Of a stretch of DNA of 64,000 nucleotides, positions 1 through 10,366 are shown in pieces. Each line of letters starts with the position of its first letter. The stretch's first letter is position 1. A program made the position numbers and the translations under genes. The DNA comes from Acidimicrobiia bacterium (GTDB lineage: Bacteria > Actinomycetota > Acidimicrobiia > Spongiisociales > ZC4RG35). The notes beneath the pieces are model-generated. The model saw nothing but the letters and a program-made list of their open reading frames with translations. It was not told the DNA's origin and made no database searches. The DNA is taken from positions 2,592,001 through 2,656,000 of the forward strand of contig OZ244034.1 in NCBI GenBank assembly GCA_965215185.1, read 5' to 3'.

Positions 1-976
1 AGCGGACGGGTACGTGGCGGTCGACATGGCCTGCGCGCGACCCATCGTGGCCAACGGCCACAAGGTGGGCAACCTGGGTCATCTGGTCCAGGTGCCTCGC
101 GCCGAAGCGGAAGAAGCGGCGAGTCTGGCGCCGGAGTACTGGACGATCTTTTCCCGCAACAAGGCGGTCGAAGCGTCGCGGGCGGTTTCCGCGGGGGGAG
201 GCACACAACAGGTGCTTCTTCGCATTTGGGATCACGGAGATGTCTTCTATCCGGGACACGAGGGAGGGTTTCATCTGCAAGAGATCTCCAAGGCGATCGA
301 CTTCGTCAACGGTCTCGACGGACTGCGGTTCGCCGGGCTTACCACCTTCCCCGCCCTCCTGTACGACTCGGCGGCCGGGCAGGTTAACCCGACTCCCAAT
401 GTGGAAACCCTGGCCCGGGGGGTGGAGGCCGCCCTTGACCACTTGGGGTCGGACTTTCCCATCGAGGTCAATGCTCCTGGGACAACCTCGACGGTGGTGC
501 TCGATTTGCTGGCCGACATCGGCGCTACCCAGGTGGAGCCGGGGCACGGTTTGACCGGGACCACCCCGTTGCATGCGGTGGCGGATCTTCCCGAACAGCC
601 GGCGGTGCTGTATCTGACCGAGGTCGCCCATATACACCAAGGTGTGCCTTTGTGCTTTGGTGGGGGGTTTTATGTGGATCCGGTCTTCGACCCCTACCAG
701 GCCAAAGTGGTGGCGGCGACCGGGCCCGAGGACGTGGCTCAGCCGTCGGTGCCGATCGATATGCCCGATCCGGCGGGGATCGACTACTACGCGCGGCTTC
801 ACCCGCCGGAGGGCCGAAGCCTCCGGGAGGGCGACACAGTGATCGCTGGCTTTCGTATTCAGGCTTTCGTCACACGCGCCTGGGTGGCGGGGATTGCCGG
901 CGTCAGTCTGGGCAATCCGAGGGTGGTCGGGATCTGGAATGTGGAAGGCACTCCGGTCTCCTGGGGTAACAGATGA
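1..976 (+). CDS. YhfX-family PLP-dependent enzyme (alanine-racemase-like), 5' truncated by window edge
   Basis: Motifs VAVD..GHLVQVP, GLTTFP, NAPGTTS and QVEPGHGLTGTTPLHA resemble the YhfX family; the frame is open to the window start. Confidence 0.75.
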   Translation, partial: ADGYVAVDMACARPIVANGHKVGNLGHLVQVPRAEAEEAASLAPEYWTIFSRNKAVEASRAVSAGGGTQQVLLRIWDHGDVFYPGHEGGFHLQEISKAIDFVNGLDGLRFAGLTTFPALLYDSAAGQVNPTPNVETLARGVEAALDHLGSDFPIEVNAPGTTSTVVLDLLADIGATQVEPGHGLTGTTPLHAVADLPEQPAVLYLTEVAHIHQGVPLCFGGGFYVDPVFDPYQAKVVAATGPEDVAQPSVPIDMPDPAGIDYYARLHPPEGRSLREGDTVIAGFRIQAFVTRAWVAGIAGVSLGNPRVVGIWNVEGTPVSWGNR

Positions 977-1740
977 CGACACCGGCGCTTTCGGTGCGGA
1001 ATATGTCCAAGGCCTTCCGGGCGGTGCAGGCCTTGGACCAAGTGTCCCTGGATGTGTACCGGGGTCGGGTGACGGCGCTTTTGGGGGACAACGGCGCCGG
1101 GAAGTCCACGCTGATCAAATGCATAGCCGGGATATATCAGCCCGACTCGGGGACCATCAGCGTCGACGGCGCCACCCATCGCATCTCCTCTCCTGATGTG
1201 GCCCGGACCCTCGGTGTCGAGACTGTTCACCAGAACCTTTCTCTTATCGACTCTCTCAATGTGGTCGAAAACCTGTTTCTAAACCGGGAGTACACCCGGG
1301 GCGGCCGATTGGGAGCCCGGATCGGTTTTCTGAACAAGCGGCGAATGTACCGGGAGTGCCAGGGCACCCTGGCGAGGCTCGGTATCTTCATCCCTTCACT
1401 GCGAGGACCGGTGGGTCTGTTGTCTGGTGGTCAGCGCCAAGCCATCGCCATCGGTCGGGCAGTGGCCTGGGGACAACGGATCGTCCTGCTGGACGAGCCG
1501 GCCGCGGCGCTCGGAGTGGAGCAGGCGCAGAGGGTTGTCGATCTGATCATCGCCCTTCGGGATGCCGGCGTGGCGGTTTTGTTAATCACTCACAACATGG
1601 ATCGGGTGACCGCGGTGTGCGACAACGCAGTCATTTTGCGCCAGGGGCGCAAGGCTGCCGAGGTGGAGGTGAGCCAGGTTACCAAAGATGATCTGGTGGC
1701 GTTTATAACCGGCGCCAAGACCGGTGGGCTCCCTGCTTGA
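973..1740 (+). CDS. Monosaccharide ABC transporter ATP-binding protein (single domain)
   Basis: Walker A GDNGAGKS, signature LSGGQRQ, Walker B LLDEP; ATGA overlap with the upstream stop. Confidence 0.9.
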   Translation: MTTPALSVRNMSKAFRAVQALDQVSLDVYRGRVTALLGDNGAGKSTLIKCIAGIYQPDSGTISVDGATHRISSPDVARTLGVETVHQNLSLIDSLNVVENLFLNREYTRGGRLGARIGFLNKRRMYRECQGTLARLGIFIPSLRGPVGLLSGGQRQAIAIGRAVAWGQRIVLLDEPAAALGVEQAQRVVDLIIALRDAGVAVLLITHNMDRVTAVCDNAVILRQGRKAAEVEVSQVTKDDLVAFITGAKTGGLPA

Positions 1741-1795
1741 GGCCATTCTTACGACCTAAATATGTGTTTTGTCTGCCATCTGGGCGGTGACACCT

Positions 1796-2533
1796 ATGGA
1801 GGTGATTGTGGAAAGGGATTCTGGTGACTTGGCCCGCCATGTCGCCGAGGTGATTCAGGATTACTTTGTTTCCGTGCCTTGGCCGGTGCTGGGCCTGGCT
1901 ACTGGAGGGTCAATGCAGTCCCTCTACCGGGAACTGATCCGTCGTTGCCGCCAGGGGCGGTTGAGCTTTGTCAGAGTGCGGGCTTTCTTGCTGGATGAGT
2001 ACGTCGGACTCGGTGCGGAGCACCCGCAGTCGTACGGCAAAGTCATCGAAACTCGTTTCGGAAGGCATGTGGATATTGACCCCAGTCGTCTCCATGGGCC
2101 CGCCGGGGACGATTCGGACCTCGATCTGGAGTGCGCCCGATACGACCAGCTGGTGACCCGGGCGCAAGTGGGTTTGCAGGTCCTCGGGGTGGGTCGCAAC
2201 GGCCACTTGGCGTTCAACGAGCCGGGTTCTTCACTTGAGCCTCGCACCCGGGTGGTGCGTTTGACGGACACCACCAAGGCCGACAATGCCCGGTTTTTCC
2301 CCCGCCCCGAAGATGTACCCCGCCAAGCGATAACTCAAGGAATCGCCACCATAAGACAGGCGGGGCATCTGCTGGTCCTTGCGACCGGGCTTTCCAAAGC
2401 GGAGGCGGTGCGAGCCGCCCTCCATGGCCCGATCACTTCGGCGGTTCCCGCTTCGGCCCTCCAACTGCACCCCCGGGTTACTGTTCTCTTGGACCCCTCG
2501 GCCGCTCGATTGACCCGGTTTCGCCCGGGCTGA
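1796..2533 (+). CDS. nagB: Glucosamine-6-phosphate deaminase
   Basis: LGLATGGS, LDEYVGL, GRNGHLAFNEPG, AITQGI, PASALQLH motifs. Confidence 0.88.
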   Translation: MEVIVERDSGDLARHVAEVIQDYFVSVPWPVLGLATGGSMQSLYRELIRRCRQGRLSFVRVRAFLLDEYVGLGAEHPQSYGKVIETRFGRHVDIDPSRLHGPAGDDSDLDLECARYDQLVTRAQVGLQVLGVGRNGHLAFNEPGSSLEPRTRVVRLTDTTKADNARFFPRPEDVPRQAITQGIATIRQAGHLLVLATGLSKAEAVRAALHGPITSAVPASALQLHPRVTVLLDPSAARLTRFRPG

Positions 2534-2556
2534 TCACTTGCCTGGACTTGTCGATG

Positions 2557-3336
2557 TCAGTTGCTTGGTTCGGTGGTTGTGGTGGTCGTCTCGGTACCGG
2601 CGGTTCCGTCGGAGCCGGCGGGGGCTGTGACCGTCAGGCTTCTGCTCACGATGAGAGCAGTTATCTCTGCATCTCCGATAAATTCGGCGATGAGCTCATC
2701 GATTCCCTCCACGAAAACCCCAAACGCCGCAACCAGTCCCACCTGCGCCGCTTGACGCTGCTCACCGGTATCAGCTGACTGCAAGCCATTCAGCATCTCG
2801 GTTGCTGCTCCCGCCACCTGGCCAGCCGCGGAGACCACAGTTAGGTGTTTCTCTGGGAAGCTATCTGTGGGGGGTGGTTGCATTAGTTCGAAGTCCGCTT
2901 GGGCGGTCTGCATCCTTTCCACCGCCGCCTCCATTGCGGCTTCGGTATCCGTATAGGTGACATCGGTCTCGGACCGGTTGTCCCAATCGTTGCTGATCCC
3001 ACTTATCTCCTCTACTAAGTCGCTGACGCCAACTTCAGAGGTGAGCACTCTTTTCAGGTAATTCAGTATCACCTCGGTAGGGAAGGTGGTGGGGGTGGGT
3101 GGCGCGGTGGTGGTGGTTGTCTCGGGTGGCAGCGTGGTGGTCGTTGTGGGTGGCGCGGTGGTGGTGGTGGACAGGGGCGCGGTGGTGATGGTGGGGGGAG
3201 AAGTGGTGGCGGCTCCCTCTGCGGTGGTTGAACTTGCGGGAGGGGTCTCGACGGGATCAAGCAGGCATGACGAGCCGCCCAAAAAGATCAAGGACAGGGT
3301 CAAGAATAAAATCCCGGATTTACGCATGAGCATCAT
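2557..3336 (-). CDS. Putative lipoprotein, Thr/Pro linker plus helical domain (paralog 1 of 3)
   Basis: Hydrophobic N-terminus ending GGSSC, Thr-rich linker, NDWDN...GLQSADTGEQR domain shared with neighbours; start may be 3327-3336. Confidence 0.7.
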   Translation of the reverse strand: MMLMRKSGILFLTLSLIFLGGSSCLLDPVETPPASSTTAEGAATTSPPTITTAPLSTTTTAPPTTTTTLPPETTTTTAPPTPTTFPTEVILNYLKRVLTSEVGVSDLVEEISGISNDWDNRSETDVTYTDTEAAMEAAVERMQTAQADFELMQPPPTDSFPEKHLTVVSAAGQVAGAATEMLNGLQSADTGEQRQAAQVGLVAAFGVFVEGIDELIAEFIGDAEITALIVSRSLTVTAPAGSDGTAGTETTTTTTEPSN

Positions 3337-3508
3337 CAGTTGAAATGGGATTGCAGATCTTAAACGCGATCCCCGTACGGCCTTTGTGCGTACTGAAAAA
3401 GCAATTCCATCCTCTCGCAATATACCTAGTGGCCCATCTTAACCAAGGTAATAACTCAGTCTTGAGCCGGGGGGAGTTCTCCTGGCGGCGGAGTCCAGCC
3501 GCCCCTGC

Positions 3509-4463
3509 TTACGGCAGGAATTCGCAGGCGATCTGGTTGTCGTTGGTATCCAACTTCCCGACATCGCCATAGAAGGGAAAGTAGGTGTCATACCACTTCT
3601 GAGCTTCAGCCTGAGTGGTGAAATCACTGCAGTTCTTGGTATTTCCGGGATCGGGAGGGGCCGTCGCCGTATTGGAGGCGGTTCGCGGCGCCGTAGTTTG
3701 TGGAACTGAAGTTTCCGGTACCGTGACACCGGACCTGCTGGTTTCAAGCGCTGCTATCCCTTCGTCTCCGATGAGGATCGCCACCCGACCGACAGCTTCT
3801 TGGAGGATGTCGAAAGCGGTTAGGAATCCCACAACCGCCGCTCGGCGAGCCTGGCCCGTATCCGTGGACCGAAGACCGTCCAGCATCTCCGAGGCTGTAT
3901 CCGCGATGAGCCCGACCGCGGCTGTGGCCGTTCGATGTTCTTCCGCCATCCCGTCTGCCGGCGCAGGTTCTATGAGTTCAAAGGCCTCGCGCAGCTGTTC
4001 CGACCGCTCGACCGCGCTCTCCAGAGCCGCTTCGGTCTCAGAAGATGAGACGCCGGTCTGTGACCGGTTATCCCAGTTGTCATTAATGGTCTCCACGCCC
4101 GCCACCAGTTCGCCTATGTCGGCCACGGCAACCAACATCTGGTCCAGATAGGTCATTGACTGCTGATGGGGGGACAGGGTCGTGGAGGTTGTGTCGGGAC
4201 TCTCGGATTCAGCTGGTCTGGGTTGGCGCAGCGGCACTGGTGGTGGAGGCGGCAGTTGTGGTAGGGGCGGGGGGTGCGATGGTTGTGGTGGGGACCGGCG
4301 CGGTGATGGTGGGGCTCGGTTCGAGAGACTCTTCAGGTTCGAAGAGTAAACACGAACCGCTGCTCAGAACCACTGTTGCGAGGACGAAAAGGTAGACGAC
4401 AATACTTCCGCGCGGGGTCGGGCGGGAACCGCCTGGTTCCTCAGATGTTCGAGACAATTCCAT
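3509..4463 (-). pseudogene. Putative lipoprotein with C-terminal Excalibur-like Ca-binding domain (paralog 2), split by a +1 frameshift near 4210-4237
   Basis: ORF 4209-4463 supplies the signal/lipobox (SSGSC) and linker; ORF 3509-4237 supplies the shared domain and NCSDF..QAEAQ..LDTNDNQIACE. Confidence 0.7.
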
Positions 4464-4505
4464 AGAGCGTGGAGAACGATACTGAGCGGATGCCGCATCT
4501 GGAGG

Positions 4506-6617
4506 TCATGATGGTGGCACCCCGACATATTGAGGATTGAGCCGCGGGGAGTTCTCCTGGCGTGGGTCGCTGTAGTAATGAACGTGGTTCGGTGGCCAGA
4601 GGTCACGGTCGTAGAAATCGGAGTCAGGAAAATGTGGAGTGGGATCACCGGGGCAGAGAAACTGCGGCTGGTCGACCACATTCAGAGTTCGATGGAAGCG
4701 GCAGAATGAGCGGTAGGACATCCGCCATGTACCGTCGGCGGTGCGGACCATCAAAGTACTGTTCCAGTCCCACGCAAAGCCCATAGTGAATTGCCCTTGT
4801 AGGAAACTGGAATCGATGGATATACCCAGTTCCTCCAGACCCGTGAAGTAGGTGATGGCGTCCCGTTTCTCCTCTCGGGTCAATTCCCGGTCCGCCTGCG
4901 TATTCTGATACTCAAGGTAGATCATGGAGGCCCCAGCCCAGTTGCCCGCCCAGCGCACGTTTCGCACCTTGCTGGTGACCCCGGCTCTTGCCTTCTCTCC
5001 ATAAAGCCCGGCCAGGTAGGCGTTGTCCTGGTTGTCGAGCCGACCGAAGAGGCCGGTCAGGACATGCCCATCTCGTACGGCTCTTTGACGAAGATCCGAG
5101 GATTCCGTCCACAAGTAGTCAAGAGCCTTCTCTATTGCGTTCAGGGTGCAGGAGTCTGATACCGCCGCGCCCCTGGTCCAGATGTCTTCGACGGCCGGAC
5201 AGTTCCTTCCCAGGATCCCCGCGGTATCCGCCCAACGCGGCGTCGCGAAGGGCGTCGTGGCACGGATGGGAGGGCCGCCCGGGAGGTCAACATTTTGATC
5301 GGCGGTCCAGGAGGCGCCACTTCGGCGGGTAATTATCTGACGTGTTTCTCCCTGCGGGTAGGCGGCGGACACGGTGGCCACATTGGGATATTCATCCCAG
5401 CGGATGTCGTACCGGTAGGGGTAGTAAATGATGGGGCTCTGCTCCAACGCCTGCCGCGCGCTGGTGAGAGCCCCACCGAAGAGGACAAGCTCCACCCGTT
5501 GCTGTTCGGTCAGACCGTCCGCCTCAGAGACCGGCGTGCTCAGGAAATGAAATCTGTAGAACGAGCGTGTTCCGTAATTCTGACTCTCTTCGACCAGACT
5601 CCAATCGTCCGCCCCAACCGAACCCGGGTTCACCAGCGCCAGCGCCTCCTCAGCCAGACCAGGACGCCAAAACTCCGCTGTCACTGCAGCCGCCGTCTCG
5701 GGTTGGGTGGTGGTGGTGGTTTCCTCTTCGGGTTGGGTGGTGGTGGTGGTTTCCTCTTCGGGTTGGGTGGTGGTGGTGGTTTCCTCTTCGGGTTGGGTGG
5801 TGGTGGTGGTTTCCTCTTCGGGTTGGGTGGTGGTGGTGGTTTCCTCTTCGGGTTGGGTGGTGGTGGTGGTTTCCTCTTCGGGTTGGGTGGTGGTGGTTTC
5901 GTCGGGTTGGGTGGTGGTGGTCCCGGCGCTGTTGCCCTCGAGCGCCGCGATTCCTTCATCCCCGATGACCATCGCCACCCGTTCGATCACTTCATTGAAG
6001 ATGTTGAACGCGGCGGAAACCCTCGACAGCGCCGCCTTGCGAGCCTGGCCGGTGTCCGACGACCTTAATCCCTCCAGCATCTCTGTCACCATGTCGGGTA
6101 TCCGGCGGACCGCGGTGAGAGCGGTCTGATGTTCGTTCGGAATCCCGCTCTCCGATGGAGGTTCTATGAGTTCAAACGCTTCAAGCAATACCTGAGCGCG
6201 CTGGACAGCATCCTCTAAGGCCGTTTCGAATTCCGCATACGTGACCCCGTTTCCAAACGGGTTGTCCCATTCGTTGTTGACCGCGCGCACCTCCGCCACC
6301 AGTTGGCCGATGTTGGCCTCGGAGGACAAGAGTTGATGGAGATAGCTCAGGGCCCTCTCGGCCGCAATCGTCGTGTCTGGTATGGAGGTGGCAGTTGAAG
6401 ACGGCTCCGGTACAACAGTGGCGGTCGTGGCCGGCGCGGTGGTTGCGGTTTGGCCGGCGGGGGCAGTTGTCCCCACCGCCTCGGTGGTCGCCGAGTCCGC
6501 CGCAGGCGTCTTTTCGGAATCAGGCGAACATGACGCCCCAACGACCACGGTCATCAGGATTGCTATGAAGACAGATCCTCGTCTGTTAGTAACAGAGGAA
6601 GTAAGCACAGATCGCAT
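4506..6617 (-). CDS. Large putative lipoprotein (paralog 3): shared helical domain, QPEEETTTTT stalk, ~390 aa unknown C-terminal region
   Basis: ATG at 6617 avoids overlap with the upstream gene; VVGASC lipobox-like site; NNEWDN...GLRSSDTGQAR domain. Confidence 0.75.
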   Translation of the reverse strand: MRSVLTSSVTNRRGSVFIAILMTVVVGASCSPDSEKTPAADSATTEAVGTTAPAGQTATTAPATTATVVPEPSSTATSIPDTTIAAERALSYLHQLLSSEANIGQLVAEVRAVNNEWDNPFGNGVTYAEFETALEDAVQRAQVLLEAFELIEPPSESGIPNEHQTALTAVRRIPDMVTEMLEGLRSSDTGQARKAALSRVSAAFNIFNEVIERVAMVIGDEGIAALEGNSAGTTTTQPDETTTTQPEEETTTTTQPEEETTTTTQPEEETTTTTQPEEETTTTTQPEEETTTTTQPEEETTTTTQPETAAAVTAEFWRPGLAEEALALVNPGSVGADDWSLVEESQNYGTRSFYRFHFLSTPVSEADGLTEQQRVELVLFGGALTSARQALEQSPIIYYPYRYDIRWDEYPNVATVSAAYPQGETRQIITRRSGASWTADQNVDLPGGPPIRATTPFATPRWADTAGILGRNCPAVEDIWTRGAAVSDSCTLNAIEKALDYLWTESSDLRQRAVRDGHVLTGLFGRLDNQDNAYLAGLYGEKARAGVTSKVRNVRWAGNWAGASMIYLEYQNTQADRELTREEKRDAITYFTGLEELGISIDSSFLQGQFTMGFAWDWNSTLMVRTADGTWRMSYRSFCRFHRTLNVVDQPQFLCPGDPTPHFPDSDFYDRDLWPPNHVHYYSDPRQENSPRLNPQYVGVPPS
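5701..5920. repeat. 30-bp coding tandem repeat, 6 perfect copies plus degenerate copies
   Basis: ggttgggtggtggtggtggtttcctcttcg repeated head-to-tail over 5701-5880; encodes QPEEETTTTT on the - strand. Confidence 0.97.
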
Positions 6618-6697
6618 TTCCCAACACCCTGGTTCTTTACGGGGAAAACTACCCTTACGGGCCCACAGAAGACGGCATTGCCCCCCGATACGCTGTT

Positions 6698-7411
6698 TTA
6701 GGAGCTTCGGCGGGAGGCCTTGCGTTTCCAGACTTTGGCCAGATAGGGGATGGCCTCGGGTGTCTTGCAAGAAGTCTGGCCGTGGTCGACTTCCACCTTG
6801 CCGATGCGGGCGGCCGCTTGTTCCGCCGCCCGCCGCATCTCCGGGCTCCTGCAACCTATGGCTATCAGAGCCCCGTTCATGGAGTGCCGGACTCGATTGG
6901 CAGCCTCCGCGATATATCTTTCTATATAGGCCAGGCGCTCGCCTAAATAGGTGTCAGTCAGAGGGCTTTCAGTGTCCAGAGCTTGGGCTGCCACCAGTGA
7001 CCAGCCGGTCGTTCCGGTCCATTCGTCCGGGGGGTCGGTGGTCCATTCGGCTGCCAGTTGGTCCCGCAAGGTGGTTCGACTGACGAGAGAAGCCAGTGCA
7101 TCGGCCAGAACGTAGCTGTTCACATCCTCTACCCGCCTGCGGAGGATGTGCGCCGTGACCTGAGCAGGATCGTCCACCTTCGTGGCCAGCACCCGGGCGT
7201 CGTGATTGCCCGATGACCACAATTCCCGGGCCAGACGATGGTCTGGCCCGAGCCTCTTAGCGAGTTTCCTCAAGTTGGCGTAACTCACCCCGAACATCGG
7301 CTCTCTTACCCCGTGGCGGGCGTAAATCTTGCGATTCTGGGCAGTCCCCATTGCTTCCAATTCAGCCATCGCCTTCTTACAAAGCGGGGACCGAAGGGCA
7401 ACATTGGACAT
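6698..7411 (-). CDS. DNA alkylation repair protein (AlkD-like HEAT-repeat family)
   Basis: FGV..ANLRKLAK, LARELWSSGNHDAR, MNGALIAIG, KVEVDHGQTSCKTP. Confidence 0.82.
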   Translation of the reverse strand: MSNVALRSPLCKKAMAELEAMGTAQNRKIYARHGVREPMFGVSYANLRKLAKRLGPDHRLARELWSSGNHDARVLATKVDDPAQVTAHILRRRVEDVNSYVLADALASLVSRTTLRDQLAAEWTTDPPDEWTGTTGWSLVAAQALDTESPLTDTYLGERLAYIERYIAEAANRVRHSMNGALIAIGCRSPEMRRAAEQAAARIGKVEVDHGQTSCKTPEAIPYLAKVWKRKASRRSS

Positions 7412-7534
7412 GAGGGCCTCCCTCCGACGGCAGGAATACGACTCACCCCATTCTAATGGTGGAGCAGAGTTGTCTCGATGAAACGAGACAACTCTGCTCG
7501 CCTATGCTCCAACACACATGCAAAGGAGCAGTAC

Positions 7535-8710
7535 ATGAGCAACTTGGCAAAGGCCGCAGACGCGGTCCTTGACGGCGTGATATCCGGGAGTCCACGGGTC
7601 CCCGGCGTCGTCGCCCTGGCAACTAACCGTGAGGGCAACATCTATGAGGGGGCGGCAGGTGTCCGTTCGCTCGGTAACGGTGCGGCGATGACCACCGACA
7701 CCATATGCGCGATCTTCTCGACAACCAAGGCCATCGCCGGCACGGCCTGCCTGCAGCTGGTCGAGGACGGACGGCTTGACCTCGACGCTCCGGCTAAGAA
7801 CTACGTGCCGGAGATCGGCGATCTGCAGGTGCTGGACGGGTTTGATGACAACGGAGACCCCATGCTCCGTCCCCCGAAGCGGGATGTGACAACCAGGATG
7901 TTGCTCCTCCACACCGCTGGTTTTGGCTACGATTTCTTCAACGAAAAATACAACAAGTTGGCGGAGGATCACGGTCAGCCCAGTGTCGTCACGGCTTCCA
8001 AGGCGGCCCTGATGACCCCGCTCCTTTTCGATCCGGGAGACGAGTGGGAGTATGGATCTAACATTGACTGGGCCGGTCAGGTGGTTGAGGGCATCACCGG
8101 GAAACGTCTTGGCGAGGTGATGTCGGAGCGGATACTCGAACCACTGGGGATGGATTCGACTTCCTTTGACTTGAGTGAGCAAATGCGGAGTCGCATGGCG
8201 CTTATCCATAGCCGCGCCGATGACGGGTCGTTGGCGCCCCTGGACTTCGAGTTGCCGGCGGACCCCGAAGTGCACATGGCCGGTCACGGTTTGTACTCGA
8301 CCGTCGAGGACTACTGCAAGTTCATCCGGATGTGGCTGAACGATGGCATGGGTCCGGGCGGGCAGCGGATAGTCAGCAGGGAAACGGTGGAGATGGCGGC
8401 CCAGAACGGGCTGGGCGAGATGAAGATCAAGGGTCTACCCGGAGTGATCCCGTTTCTTTCCAACTATGCCGAGTTCTTCCCCGGCATGCCCAAGTCCTGG
8501 GCTCTGACCTTCATGATCAATGACGAGGACGCCCCCACCGGCCGACCGGCGGGAGCACTCGCTTGGGCCGGATTGGCCAACCTCTACTACTGGATCGACC
8601 GCAAGAACGGCGTCGGAGGCTTCTGGGCCACCCAGATCTTCCCGTTCGCCGATCCCACATCCGTGGTTGGCTATCTCGACTTCGAGACGGCGATATACAA
8701 CAACCTCTAG
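7535..8710 (+). CDS. Beta-lactamase-fold serine hydrolase / family VIII esterase
   Basis: SxxK motif [27 protein letters not shown]; AAGGAG RBS before ATG 7535. Confidence 0.9.
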   Translation: MSNLAKAADAVLDGVISGSPRVPGVVALATNREGNIYEGAAGVRSLGNGAAMTTDTICAIFSTTKAIAGTACLQLVEDGRLDLDAPAKNYVPEIGDLQVLDGFDDNGDPMLRPPKRDVTTRMLLLHTAGFGYDFFNEKYNKLAEDHGQPSVVTASKAALMTPLLFDPGDEWEYGSNIDWAGQVVEGITGKRLGEVMSERILEPLGMDSTSFDLSEQMRSRMALIHSRADDGSLAPLDFELPADPEVHMAGHGLYSTVEDYCKFIRMWLNDGMGPGGQRIVSRETVEMAAQNGLGEMKIKGLPGVIPFLSNYAEFFPGMPKSWALTFMINDEDAPTGRPAGALAWAGLANLYYWIDRKNGVGGFWATQIFPFADPTSVVGYLDFETAIYNNL

Positions 8711-8729
8711 TTCGCGATACCACTTAACC

Positions 8730-8764
8730 AAAAAGGGGGTTCCCACAGTTGGGAACCCCCTTTT
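8730..8764. terminator. Bidirectional intrinsic terminator
   Basis: aaaagggggttccca-cagt-tgggaaccccctttt perfect stem with A/T tails between convergent genes. Confidence 0.88.
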
Positions 8765-8795
8765 GTGATAGAGGACCGCATCTGTGGCCGAGTAG

Positions 8796-10366
8796 CTATC
8801 GGTATCCGCCACCTCGTCGCAGACTGTCCAGAGTGACGGCGATTATCAGGATGGCGCCGCGCACCACCGATTGCCAGTAGATCTGCACTTGAGCGAGGAT
8901 CAAGCCGTTCTGTACGACTCCGATGATCAGCAATCCCAGGAGAGTTCCCAGCAGGCCTCCCCTTCCTCCGCTCAAAGCGATCCCGCCCAGAAGTACGGCG
9001 GCGATGATGTCCAACTCCGCTCCGTTCAGGGCACTCGGCAATGCGGTGCCGCTCTGGGACGTGAGCATCAGGCCGGCCAGCCCTGCCAAACAGGCTTGGG
9101 CCACATATGTCCAGCCTCGAAGCCGGTCAACCCTGATGCCGACGTTGCGGCAGGCCTCGCTGTTGCCGCCGACGGCATAGAGGTGACTGCCCGCCACGGT
9201 AAATCGCATGAAGAACATGCCAATCACCACCACCGCCAGGAACAACCAAACGGTGATCGGGGCCCCCAGCCAGGAACCCCTTCCCAGTTCGCTCCAAGCG
9301 TTGACCCCGACCACGATGTTGTCGCCACCGGTGGACACGAAGGCCAAGCCTCGATAGAAGAGCAGGGTTCCCAGGGTGGCGATGATCGGGTTGATCCGGA
9401 ACTTGACTATCAGCAAGGCGTTGAACGACCCCAGCACGCCCGCTGCCAGTAGGCTCAAGGGGCCCCTATAAGTATGAGTGGTTGAGGCTCCGGTTCCGGT
9501 AGCGGCGGCGTTGCCCAAGAAGCCATTCTGTTCCAGCGCCAGACCGCAGTCCACGCCGGGCTGGTCGCTGTGCCCGAAGCACAAAACATGCTTGGCGTCG
9601 GGGTTGCCGATCGACCAGGTGGTTACGTTGGGAAGGGTGTCGCTGAGGCCTTCGGTGGGAATGTCGTGGATGTTGTCATCGGGAATGTCGAACAACTCCC
9701 GAACGCCGTCGGTGGTGCCATCTGCCCGGGCCTTGTGAACGGGCACGTCTGGAGTCCAAACCAACAGCAGTTCGGTATCGGCGGGATTCCATCCTTGGTC
9801 CATTGCATAATTGAGCCAGGAACCGACCGGCGGCCACTCCGGCTTCGTAATTGTCGGGGCCGAAGGCCACGCATCCGGGGTGGGGGCCGTCGTAGGAGAC
9901 GCAGGGGACTCCAGCGTCGTGGAAGATGCCCGAGATGAGATCTTCCGTGCCGGCGATCCAGTTGGCGAAGATCACTCCGTCAACTTCCTGGGTGATCAGC
10001 AGGTTGGAGCACTCCACGGTCTTTTCCTGGTCGTAGGCGTTGTCACAGTAGATGATGTCAACGCCCATCTCCTCGGCGATGGCGTTGATGTTGTCGGTCA
10101 CGCTGTCGGTGAACGGAATACCGGACAAGCCGTCACCGTAACCGATCCGCCAGCGCTGTTGGGCCGGGCGGATCACCGCTTCATAATCACCGGAAGGCGC
10201 CGCTTCTTCTTCCTCCGTGGCGCCCTCACCGGTTGGCGGGTTCTTCAACCGCGGCGGCCGTGGTCTCAGGGGCCACGGTGGTGGCGGGCTCCTCCTCGGC
10301 ATCTCCTCCACAGGCTGCTGCCAAGAGGGCTACAACCGCCAATCCAACTATCAACTTACGTGGCAT
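8796..10366 (-). pseudogene. Degraded sugar ABC locus: lipoprotein solute-binding protein (two frameshifts) fused to the C-terminal part of an RbsC-type permease
   Basis: MPRKLIVGLAVVALLAAAC from 10366; frameshifts near 10233 and 9810; the SBP sequence switches to permease (INPIIATLG, YAVGGN, IAAVLLGG) near 9460-9490. Confidence 0.75.

Noticed and set aside
5701-5920. Possible CRISPR array
   Set aside because: Units are head-to-tail with no unique spacers, are in-frame coding repeats, and no cas genes are present
6618-6854. N-terminal extension of the 782 aa ORF
   Set aside because: Overlaps the AlkD-like gene and precedes the signal peptide; ATG 6617 preferred
7535-8710. Beta-lactam resistance gene
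   Set aside because: No signal peptide and family VIII esterase motifs (LLLHTAG, WAG); esterase more likely
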